A stretch of DNA of 64,000 nt from an uncultured Bacilli bacterium (GCA_934149245.1 CAKPER010000001.1:35236-99235); one strand, 5' to 3'; shown: positions 28,172 through 36,500, counted from the stretch's first letter. A program made the numbers and translations. The notes: generated by a model not told the origin, from the letters alone.

Positions 28172-28610
28172 TTAATTCTATGGTTTTAATTTTTGTAATA
28201 TTACTTGGTATGATTCTCACATACCCAATAATATTACTTAATTTCATAATCCTCCTTATTCATAAACATCATCTCCTTTTACTTGGATGATACCTCTCTT
28301 AAAATGTATGAGTCAAGTCATTTACTATAGCAAGTTTTGTCTATCATCCCAAAATGATTCATAATTTAATAAAATATGAAATAGCAGGATAAGAAGATGG
28401 TGTAATAGCACGCGCTTTTCCTTATAAAATAAGGACTTGTGTATACACCATTCTTATTTCGTACTTACGAAATTCAACCTACAAAATAGATTTATATATA
28501 GGATGATTATTAAACAAGTCTTTATATTATAAGACATTAGAACAATAAAAAAACATCCTACTATCTAATTTTCGTTAGATTTTATAGGATGACTTTTTTA
28601 TTTATTATTA

Positions 28611-28832
28611 TTATTCATTTAAGTACTTTTCCATTATTGATGCTATTAATGCTTTAGATTCAGGCAGTAACTCATTTATTTTATAAGGATAACTTGTATC
28701 TGCTTTACTAATAATGGTTTGTTTTAATTCTTCTGGTATTTTATCAATTAAATCTTTGCTAAGCCTAATTAATGTCATATAGACTTCTGTATATATTTTT
28801 CTTTCTCTATCCATACTATAAACTCCTTCCAT
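28611..28832 (-). CDS. Hypothetical 73-aa protein (element cargo)
   Basis: ORF overlapping the 3' end of the 380-aa cargo gene; a bidirectional hairpin plus T-run (28551-28605) follows it. Confidence 0.3.
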   Translation of the reverse strand: MEGVYSMDRERKIYTEVYMTLIRLSKDLIDKIPEELKQTIISKADTSYPYKINELLPESKALIASIMEKYLNE

Positions 28833-29958
28833 TACTTCTAGATGGAAACTGACTAAGCATTTCTTGAGCCTTTAATAAAAATTCCATATCTAAATCATTT
28901 AATTTTCTTATACAATCCTGTATCGTCATTTTCCTTTGTTTTGAAGCTTCGCTCACTTTAAATCTAGGTAATATCGGTGATAAATTAACACATGATAAAA
29001 CTTCAGGATTAACAACCTTATCACAACAGATGTTATCTCCCATTAACATACTACCTCCCTTAACTATGTCAGAAAATATATAATTTTCATTTGAATAAAG
29101 GGAATTATCACTCATTGATGAAAAATAGAAACTTTTCATTCTATTTATATCATCATTATCTTCCAACGAACTAATTGGTACAAATGCTAAATAAGGTTCT
29201 GTATTGCCAAATTTATTCCAACATTTATTAAAAAAATCCAAAATTTCTTTTCTATCTTCTTCACTCATGTTATTTTTTTCAATCAATTTTGTTATTGTTA
29301 AAAGACAGGTTTCATAATCTCTGTTTGCATAACCATGTTTATTCTCTTCTGGTACCAATCCCCATGCATAGCAATGGTTGCCTCCACAGAATTGTCCAAA
29401 CCATTCAGGGGAATCAGCATAATGTAACATACTGTGTGGATTACTATCGTAAAACCAACCATTTTTTTCATTTTTGATATCTAATGTTCCCCAACCTAAA
29501 GGATTATCATTACCATATTTACTATAAATTGAAGCAATATGCATAAGTTCCATCTTATTTTCTTGTGAAGATTGTGAAAATCCAAGTCCATATTTCATAT
29601 TATTTTCTATTGCCTTACTATTTCCAGCATGAAAAACATAACCATTTCTAACAAAATTTTCAAAAGCATAACTAATAATAGCTTCTATTTTACTATCAAT
29701 TTCATGATGTGGAATTCCTATTTTATCAGCAATTCTTAATTTTAAAAATTGAATTTGTTGTTTTTCATCAGTTAAGTGCATATATTCTTCAATGCCTTCT
29801 GATTCTTTAAACAAAACACAATAGCCAATCATTCTAGAAAAATTTTTCTCTTGCAATTCTTTTTCATCATATGTCATTTCTCTTTTTTTCATAAAATAAT
29901 ATTGGATTAAAGCATTATTTAAGCATTCAGATATAATTTTTCCAATATCAATATTCAT
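28816..29958 (-). CDS. Hypothetical 380-aa cytoplasmic protein (element cargo), His/Trp/Cys-containing, no recognisable family
   Basis: Long ORF with codon usage like the host; contains NPLGWGTLD, HYADSPEWFGQFCGGNHCYAWG and GDNICCDKV segments. No TM or signal peptide. Confidence 0.4.
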   Translation of the reverse strand: MNIDIGKIISECLNNALIQYYFMKKREMTYDEKELQEKNFSRMIGYCVLFKESEGIEEYMHLTDEKQQIQFLKLRIADKIGIPHHEIDSKIEAIISYAFENFVRNGYVFHAGNSKAIENNMKYGLGFSQSSQENKMELMHIASIYSKYGNDNPLGWGTLDIKNEKNGWFYDSNPHSMLHYADSPEWFGQFCGGNHCYAWGLVPEENKHGYANRDYETCLLTITKLIEKNNMSEEDRKEILDFFNKCWNKFGNTEPYLAFVPISSLEDNDDINRMKSFYFSSMSDNSLYSNENYIFSDIVKGGSMLMGDNICCDKVVNPEVLSCVNLSPILPRFKVSEASKQRKMTIQDCIRKLNDLDMEFLLKAQEMLSQFPSRSNGRSL

Positions 29959-30054
29959 TTTATCATCTTCTTCCTTATTATAAATTAATACAGTTTTATT
30001 CTATACATTTTAATTATACCATGTTTCTTTATTATTTTATTAAAAAATACTCAT

Positions 30055-30095
30055 TATTCCCCATAAAAATGGTATCCCCTGATACTACTTTATAA
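30055..30095. other. Right junction (attR-like) of the intervening element
   Basis: ...tcattattccCCATAAAAATGGTATCCCCTGATACtactttataag...; the host LysM sequence resumes at CCTGATAC (30078-30085). Confidence 0.65.
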
Positions 30096-30868
30096 GTTTT
30101 GACATTAGAATTAGTTTCTTCTGTGTTACTAGATGAAGTTGGGATTTTTAAGCTACTACCTATAGTTAGATTATTAGAAGTTAGGTTGTTATATGCTTTT
30201 AATTTATCTACAGTAGTATTATATTTTCTAGCTATACTATATAAAGTATCACCAGATTTCACTTTATAATATATTCCATTAGTTGGCTTGGAAGATGCAA
30301 TATTTAAATAGCTTAAAATAGCTTCTACTACAGCATCACCTAAATCACTTACATTATTGTTTATGATATTAAAATCATTAGTATTATTAGGGTTACCATA
30401 ATATATAATTAGAGTTTCATTATTTTTTGTATCCCTAATTAAAGGATTATAATCTAAGGAAGTATCACTGGGAAGTCTTCTTTGGTAATATTTATTTACT
30501 TTTATATTTTTAGATTTAAAACTGTTTGCAAGTGTTTCTGCTAGATTTCTTGTATTTCTGAGAGCATATACTATTTGAATTCCTTCTTCATCAGGAGATA
30601 AAGCATTTGATATTACTATCACATCATTTCCACTTCCGTAAAGGGATTTTATTTTATTAGTTCTATCTTCTATACTTAGAGTTTCATCATTATTTCTGGT
30701 TAAAGATACAGGAATATTTTTTTCTTTTAGTTTATCATAGATATATTTGCTAATTTCTAAATTAAAATCTTTTTCTATCAAATTATCTTTTGTTTTCCCT
30801 ATATCATCACCACCACGATATGGATCTATTACGATCTTTTTAGAGGATATTCGATCAAATTCACACAT
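30078..30868 (-). CDS. 5' segment of the split gene: degenerate Amidase_3 (MurNAc-L-Ala amidase-like) domain + first LysM repeat + start of the second
   Basis: The ORF track shows 30032..30868 because translation reads through the junction into the element (..KTYKVVSGD|TIFMGNNEYFLIK*). The N-terminus MCEFDRISSKKIVIDPYRGGDDIGKT aligns to the Amidase_3 IVIDPGHGGxDxGA motif but with His->Arg. LTRNNDETLSIEDR is conserved. The SIHANA motif is replaced by VISNAL, so the second His is lost. No signal peptide. Confidence 0.7.
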
Positions 30869-30914
30869 TTTATCACCACTTAATTATATGATTAGGTAGG
30901 ATAAAATATGGCTA

Positions 30915-31550
30915 TTATTTAGTAACATCTAATTTGTTTATTTTTATTCCTAATTTTACAAATTTCTTTTCATATTCTGTAGGAATATTATCTTGAAGGT
31001 ATTTAGGGTTTTGATATAAATCATTTGTATAATAGTTTATATTGTAGCCATAACTTTCTAGAGATTCTTTGGAATAATTAAACAAGTCTATGTTATCAGT
31101 TTTCATAATGATATGTTCTTTTGCTTTAAAAATTTTACTATATTTTTCTAGAAATATTTTGCTTGTTAATCTTCTTTTTTCGTGTCTTGCTTTAGGCCAT
31201 GGATCGGAAAAATTTAGGTATATAGTATTTATTTCTTTAGCGAATACTTCATCGATATTTAAAGCATCCATTCTAATTAATTTTAGATTTTTTAGCTCCA
31301 ATTCATTAGATTTTTTGATAGCTCTTACAATAACACTATCAAATTTTTCTATACCTATAAAGTTTATATTTGGATATTTAATGGCATTTTCGATAATAAA
31401 ATCTCCTTTTCCCATACCTATTTCAATATTTATTGGATTATTATTTTCAAAAATGCTTGCCCAATTTCCCTTATAATTAGTCGGATTACTTATAAAATAT
31501 GTTCCTTTTTCAATTATTTCGTTGGCACCTTTTACATTTTTTAAACGCAT
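30915..31550 (-). CDS. trmB: tRNA (guanine46-N7)-methyltransferase TrmB
   Basis: 211 aa; SAM-binding IEIGMGKGDF; conserved LNFSDPWPKARH motif. Confidence 0.85.
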   Translation of the reverse strand: MRLKNVKGANEIIEKGTYFISNPTNYKGNWASIFENNNPINIEIGMGKGDFIIENAIKYPNINFIGIEKFDSVIVRAIKKSNELELKNLKLIRMDALNIDEVFAKEINTIYLNFSDPWPKARHEKRRLTSKIFLEKYSKIFKAKEHIIMKTDNIDLFNYSKESLESYGYNINYYTNDLYQNPKYLQDNIPTEYEKKFVKLGIKINKLDVTK

Positions 31551-31583
31551 TATTTGTCACTCCTTGCATATAAATATTTCTTG

Positions 31584-32855
31584 TTATCTTATGATATCGT
31601 AAATTAGTTTTGGTGTATCGGGTTTAGTTTTCTTTATTTCAAAAACGGGAGTATTCATAATACTTGCTTTTAAATTTTTATTTGTATATAGGGTCATTAA
31701 AATATCACCTTTATTAACATAATCACCTATATTCTTTTTTACTATTATTCCTGCTCCATAATCTATTTTTGATGTTAAATCTGTTCTTCCTGCTCCAAGT
31801 TGCATAGATAATTTACCTAATTCTAGGGCATCTATATTAGTTAAATATCCTTCTTTAGGACTTTTTATTTCGTATTTATGAGATGATTCTGGTAGATTTT
31901 CTAAAGAGCCTCCTTGAGCATGAATGAATTCTAAAAACTTGTTATAGGCTTCTTTTGAAGATAGTTTTTCTTTTACTAATTGTTTAGCTTCCTCATAAGA
32001 TATTTCTAGTCCTAAACTTACCATATGTGCAGATAATTCTATACAAAGGGATGATAAATTGTTTTGTTTTTGATTATTCAATACGTCAATAGCTTCTTTT
32101 ATTTCTAGAGCATTACCTATATTATTTCCAAGTGGAATATTCATGTTAGTTAAAAGACAGACTACTTCAATATTATTTTTTTTACCAATCTTTATCATTA
32201 AATTGGCAAGTCTTGTTGCATCATCTATATTTTTAATTAAAGCCCCATTTCCAACCTTGACGTCTATTACAAGTTTTTTTGCACCACTAGCAATTTTTTT
32301 ACTCATTATTGAAGAAGCTATTAAAGCAATAGATTCTACAGTACCTGTTACATCACGTAGAGCATACAATTTTTTATCAGCTGGTGCTAAGTTTTTATTT
32401 TGGCAAATATCAGCAAAACCAACTGTTTCTACTTGTTTGATAAATTCTTCTTCTGATAGATTTGAGTTAAAGCCTGGAATTGATTCTAACTTGTCAATAG
32501 TTCCTCCAGTATAACCAAGACCTCTACCACTCATTTTAGCTACTTTTACCCCACAAGATGCTACTATTGGTCCTATTATGATAGTAGTTTTATCTCCTAC
32601 ACCACCTGTTGAGTGTTTGTCAACAACATTTTTAAGAGGCGATAAGTCTAATTTTTCACCACTTTCAGTCATATATTTGGTTAAAGAAAAAATCTCGTTA
32701 TCTGTCATTCCTTTAATAGCAATTGCCATTAATAAGCTACTCATTTGATAATCAGGTATTTCTTCTTTCATATAAGCATTTATTATGTATTTAATCTCTT
32801 TATCACTTAAGATAAGGCCTAATCTCTTTTTATTAATTAATTCTACTATATTCAT
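31584..32855 (-). CDS. pdp: Pyrimidine-nucleoside (thymidine) phosphorylase
   Basis: 423 aa; MNIVELINKKR... start; HSTGGVGDKTT phosphate-binding motif; GRGLGYTGGTIDKLESIPG. Confidence 0.9.
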   Translation of the reverse strand: MNIVELINKKRLGLILSDKEIKYIINAYMKEEIPDYQMSSLLMAIAIKGMTDNEIFSLTKYMTESGEKLDLSPLKNVVDKHSTGGVGDKTTIIIGPIVASCGVKVAKMSGRGLGYTGGTIDKLESIPGFNSNLSEEEFIKQVETVGFADICQNKNLAPADKKLYALRDVTGTVESIALIASSIMSKKIASGAKKLVIDVKVGNGALIKNIDDATRLANLMIKIGKKNNIEVVCLLTNMNIPLGNNIGNALEIKEAIDVLNNQKQNNLSSLCIELSAHMVSLGLEISYEEAKQLVKEKLSSKEAYNKFLEFIHAQGGSLENLPESSHKYEIKSPKEGYLTNIDALELGKLSMQLGAGRTDLTSKIDYGAGIIVKKNIGDYVNKGDILMTLYTNKNLKASIMNTPVFEIKKTKPDTPKLIYDIIR

Positions 32856-32864
32856 ATTCTAGTA

Positions 32865-33446
32865 TCACTCTCCCACTTTTATATTCTCTTTATAATTAGA
32901 TTTAAATAAATCACTTTCTTCTTCACTTTCTGATAAAGTATCAATACTTGGTAAATCTTCTTTACTTGCTAAGCCAAAATAGTCTAGAAAATCATCTGTT
33001 GTTTTATACAAAATTGGATGTCCTGGTTTATCGCTACGTCCTGCTTCTTTTAGTAAGCCTTTAGCTAGTAATTTTCGCATTATATATACTGATTCTACAC
33101 CTCTTAGTTCATCTACTTCGCCTCTTGTTATAGGTTCGTTATAGGCAACTATGGCAAGTACTTCTAGAGCAGCTTGTGATAAGAGATGATTTCTTGGATT
33201 TTCAATTAATTTTTGATAATATTCCTTATGTTCTTGCTTAGTTGTTAATTTAAAAGAATTGCCCAAATAACTTAAGCGTAATCCTCTACTTGCATTTTCA
33301 TAACTTAATTTTAACTTGTATACAAGTTGTTTAGCTTCTTGTTCACTTATTCCTAAGATAGACATAACTTCTTGCAATGTTAAGCCATCATCCCCTGTTA
33401 CATATAATAATCCTTCTAGTATTCCTTCCATCAAATTCACCTTCAC
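32865..33446 (-). CDS. scpB: Segregation and condensation protein B (ScpB)
   Basis: 193 aa; two winged-helix repeats (EGLLYVTGDDGLTLQEVMSILG...); lies directly downstream of scpA. Confidence 0.85.
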   Translation of the reverse strand: MKVNLMEGILEGLLYVTGDDGLTLQEVMSILGISEQEAKQLVYKLKLSYENASRGLRLSYLGNSFKLTTKQEHKEYYQKLIENPRNHLLSQAALEVLAIVAYNEPITRGEVDELRGVESVYIMRKLLAKGLLKEAGRSDKPGHPILYKTTDDFLDYFGLASKEDLPSIDTLSESEEESDLFKSNYKENIKVGE

Positions 33447-33453
33447 ATCTTGT

Positions 33454-34182
33454 TTAGCTTTCTATTAATTCTATATATATAGGAGCAAAATTATGCTCTT
33501 GTTCTAAATCTATTTCTTGCTCTTTAACTAATTCTAGTATCGAAAGAAATGTTACAATTATATAATCTTTACTATAATTATCAAAAAGTTCTGTAAATTC
33601 AGCTCGTTTATTATTTAAAAGATATGTTTTAATATCTTTTTTTCTTAATTTTACACTATATTCTTTATTTGTGATTTTAGTATTAAGAGGTTTTTCTTGA
33701 TCTTTTCTAATTAGAAATTTTTGAAATGCTTCTACTAAATCATCTATGCTAATATCAGTATCATTTTTTAGTTTTGTATCTGTTATGTTAGTCATATTAG
33801 ATGGTGATTTTGTATAAATATCACGTCTTTTAGATTCTAATTTTTTAAATTTTTTTGTTAATTCTTTATATTTTTGATATTCTATTAATCTATTTATTAA
33901 ATTTTCTCTAGTTATTTCTTCATCTTCTTCTTCGTTATCTAGTTCACTTTTTTCTTTTGGAAGTAGTGAGTTTGATTTTATTAGTAATAGTTCTGATGCC
34001 ATTACTAAATAAGAAGATTCTACTTCTATATCTAATTTTTCCATACTGTTTATGTAGTCTAAGTAATCTTTTGTTATATCCTCTATTGATATGTCATAGA
34101 TGTCTATCGACGATTCTTTTATTAGATGAAGGAGCAAATCTAGAGGTCCTTCAAATTCGTTTATTTTAATACTGTAATTCAA
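33454..34182 (-). CDS. scpA: Segregation and condensation protein A (ScpA, kleisin)
   Basis: 242 aa; N-terminal FEGPLDLLLHLIKESSIDIYDISIEDIT is the ScpA signature. Confidence 0.8.
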   Translation of the reverse strand: MNYSIKINEFEGPLDLLLHLIKESSIDIYDISIEDITKDYLDYINSMEKLDIEVESSYLVMASELLLIKSNSLLPKEKSELDNEEEDEEITRENLINRLIEYQKYKELTKKFKKLESKRRDIYTKSPSNMTNITDTKLKNDTDISIDDLVEAFQKFLIRKDQEKPLNTKITNKEYSVKLRKKDIKTYLLNNKRAEFTELFDNYSKDYIIVTFLSILELVKEQEIDLEQEHNFAPIYIELIES

Positions 34183-34470
34183 TTAAAACACTCCCATACT
34201 GTTAAAATTATAGCACATGTCTTGTAAAAGGTCAAAAACGAACAAAGAAAAATCTACAATAAATTTGTAAATAAAAAAAATTTTGTTGTATAAGTTGTAT
34301 AATGTGTATGACTATTTTTACTTATCGGAACAATTGCCATTTCCACCCGTAAATCTAGATAATGTTTTATTTACATTATTTAAATTTATTAAAAGATTAT
34401 TATTTATTTTAAATAGCCTCTTTATAAAACTTATCCTTATTTCACAATCTTTCAATTTAACTTTTTTTTA

Positions 34471-36180
34471 TTAAATTTTTCCTTTTCTTTCAATCACTGT
34501 AACATTTCCATTATTTCCATTAATTTCAATTGTGTTATGCTGATTACACAATTTTTCAAGTTCCTCCTCTCCTATTCCAGTTACACATGGAATTCCTAAT
34601 TCTCTACACACAATTGCAGTGTGACAAAGAAAACCTCCGTATGCAGTAACGGCTCCTTTAGAATTCATCAAATGTGGTAACCAATCTGGATCGGTCATCA
34701 TTGCTAATAGTATTTTGTTAGCAATTATTTCATCGCTTGGCGAATCTAAATATCTTCCCTCTCCAGATGCAATACCAGGTGCTGCGGGTATTCCAAATAA
34801 TCCATCTTTTTTTGTAACTTCATATTCATTATTAACTATTACTTTTTTTGTAACAGGTCTAAATTGCAACATAATTAATTCACCATCTAAAATCATCCAT
34901 TCAAAATCTGCATTACTACCAATTTTTTGTTGATATTCTAACATTTTGTTTCCAATTGCTTGATTATTTAATTCTAACGAATTAGCATATCTACCATCAT
35001 TCCATATTTCAGAATGAGGTGTACTTGATCCAGATACTAATTTTTCACCATTACCTTCAACCCATTCAAGAATGCCAGAATTATCAGAATTACCTATCCA
35101 AACCCCAGCATGAGTTGGCTCTTTAAATGATTGTATAACAACAGCCATATGTGGTTGCTCAAGACCATTAACTTGAATATACTCTTTTAAACGTTTATTG
35201 TTTATTGAGTCTTTTACTTTAACAATATTTTCTAACACGTCTTTAGGAAAAACATTTAAATATGAATCAAACATACCAGCAAAAGAATTTTTCTCTCCAT
35301 CTTCTATATCTGCTGAACTTCTTACTGAATAACGATCATACTTTTCCTCTAAAAATTTCAAATCTTCAATAGTTACATTAACTCCAGTTGGAACAACCAT
35401 ACTAAATGGTACTTTTATTCCTTTACTATTTAGAATAGATAATCCATACATTTTTCCACCTATAAATTTTACAATGAATTTTTTTATATATAATTCACTT
35501 AAAATACTACATGTATCTAAATCTAATATCTTTTTTTCTGCAAGTGAATCAAATAATCTTTTTCTAAGGGTAAATTGTTCTAATGAAAATGAATCCATAG
35601 AATCATCTTTACAATATACTTGTTGTAACTTTTCTAAATATTTTCCATAACCTTCTTCAAAAAAGTGATGTTGTTTATCTTGCCATTGTTTTAAAATGAT
35701 ATACTTTTTTAATAAATCATCTGATACCACCAAATTATTGTCAGATAGTTTAGTTATTTCTTTTGTATCAATAGATAAATAAGCTTTATCAATTTGAGAT
35801 ATTATATTTAAATAATTAGTAGAATATTTTTTTTGGATTTCATCAATAATACTATCACTCAATATTGAATGTTCATCCATACTCTCCAAAAAGTAAAAAT
35901 ATGCAAGAGATCTTAATGCATAAGATACTTTTTTATTTAAATCTTCTTCTTTTTGTGATTTTTCATAATATTCTTCTGTGTCTTTTCTAATACTATTAAA
36001 AATATTATCTAATTCATCAGAATTTATTCTTTTGTTTAATGCACTAATATACTTTAATATTCTTCTAGCAAAATTCCTATCTTCTATTCCTTCAAACATC
36101 ATACGACTTCTGAATGCTTTATTTGTTATAGTAGCTTCCAAAATTTTTTTATAATCCTTAAATTCCTCTAATTTTATCAT
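34471..36180 (-). CDS. PEP-utilising-enzyme-like kinase: PPDK_N-type ATP-grasp domain + C-terminal swivelling phosphohistidine domain, with a novel ~200-aa N-terminal extension (rifampin phosphotransferase / PEP synthase-like, no TIM-barrel)
   Basis: 569 aa; GGKMYGLSILNSKGIKVPFSMVVP (ATP-grasp N-lobe as in PEP synthase/PPDK); C-terminal GGFLCHTAIVCRELGIPCVTG matches the phosphohistidine mobile-domain consensus G-x-x-SHAAIVARELGIP. There is no C-terminal PEP/pyruvate TIM barrel. Confidence 0.6.
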   Translation of the reverse strand: MIKLEEFKDYKKILEATITNKAFRSRMMFEGIEDRNFARRILKYISALNKRINSDELDNIFNSIRKDTEEYYEKSQKEEDLNKKVSYALRSLAYFYFLESMDEHSILSDSIIDEIQKKYSTNYLNIISQIDKAYLSIDTKEITKLSDNNLVVSDDLLKKYIILKQWQDKQHHFFEEGYGKYLEKLQQVYCKDDSMDSFSLEQFTLRKRLFDSLAEKKILDLDTCSILSELYIKKFIVKFIGGKMYGLSILNSKGIKVPFSMVVPTGVNVTIEDLKFLEEKYDRYSVRSSADIEDGEKNSFAGMFDSYLNVFPKDVLENIVKVKDSINNKRLKEYIQVNGLEQPHMAVVIQSFKEPTHAGVWIGNSDNSGILEWVEGNGEKLVSGSSTPHSEIWNDGRYANSLELNNQAIGNKMLEYQQKIGSNADFEWMILDGELIMLQFRPVTKKVIVNNEYEVTKKDGLFGIPAAPGIASGEGRYLDSPSDEIIANKILLAMMTDPDWLPHLMNSKGAVTAYGGFLCHTAIVCRELGIPCVTGIGEEELEKLCNQHNTIEINGNNGNVTVIERKGKI

Positions 36181-36500
36181 TATCTTTCATCTTTCTTTCC
36201 TTGCTTTATCACTAAACAAACTCTATCAGTATTTTCCTCTAATAATCTTTTTAAGAATTTAAATCTATTAACATTGTCCCATACCTCAGATAAATTTTCT
36301 TTATTTAAATTGCCAAGATAACTGTCTTTAATAAATGGACAACAATAAACTTTTCCATTTAAATCTATGGTTATTCTTGCAACACCAGTAGTGCATTTCC
36401 AAATATCATTTCCTATAAAATTCTTTTTACCATTGCTTAAAGAATATACTTTTGGATTTATGTTTAACACAACTTTTAAAATAAAAGCAATAAAATTCAA
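36180..36500 (-). CDS. Small (106 aa) SPASM/twitch-tail-like Cys-containing protein, translationally coupled (TAATG overlap) to the kinase-like gene
   Basis: CTTGVARITIDLNGKVYCCPF......LGNLNKENLSEVWDN resembles the last ~50 aa of radical-SAM SPASM domains (C.aG....i..dG.vypC......GNl.e.sl.eiW). It is far too short to carry a radical SAM core. Its stop overlaps the downstream ATG. Confidence 0.3.
   Translation of the reverse strand: MNFIAFILKVVLNINPKVYSLSNGKKNFIGNDIWKCTTGVARITIDLNGKVYCCPFIKDSYLGNLNKENLSEVWDNVNRFKFLKRLLEENTDRVCLVIKQGKKDER

Larger units (their letters stand above)
26404..30077. mobile_element. ~3.67 kb intervening element (skin-like) inserted in frame in the Amidase_3-LysM gene; carries a large serine recombinase at its left tip
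   Basis: Element termini are imperfect inverted repeats: left GATACAATTTTTATG, right CATAAAAATGGTATC. Joined they give the dyad-symmetric attP-like site CATAAAAATGGTATC-CCCT-GATACAATTTTTATG. The flanking host sequence restores a dyad-symmetric attB-like site AAAGTATCA-CC-TGATACTACTTT and an uninterrupted ORF. The same 8 bp CCTGATAC occurs at both junctions. All element genes share the host gene's orientation. Confidence 0.7.

Noticed and set aside
30032-30077. C-terminal 15 residues (TIFMGNNEYFLIK) of ORF 30032..30868
   Set aside because: This is read-through from the host gene into the element's right end, not a genuine C-terminus. The true downstream coding sequence resumes at 26403.
36180-36500. 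Annotating the 106-aa ORF as a radical SAM/SPASM maturase
   Set aside because: It has only the SPASM-tail-like end with 4 Cys and no CxxxCxxC core. It is kept only as a SPASM-tail-like mini-protein or remnant.
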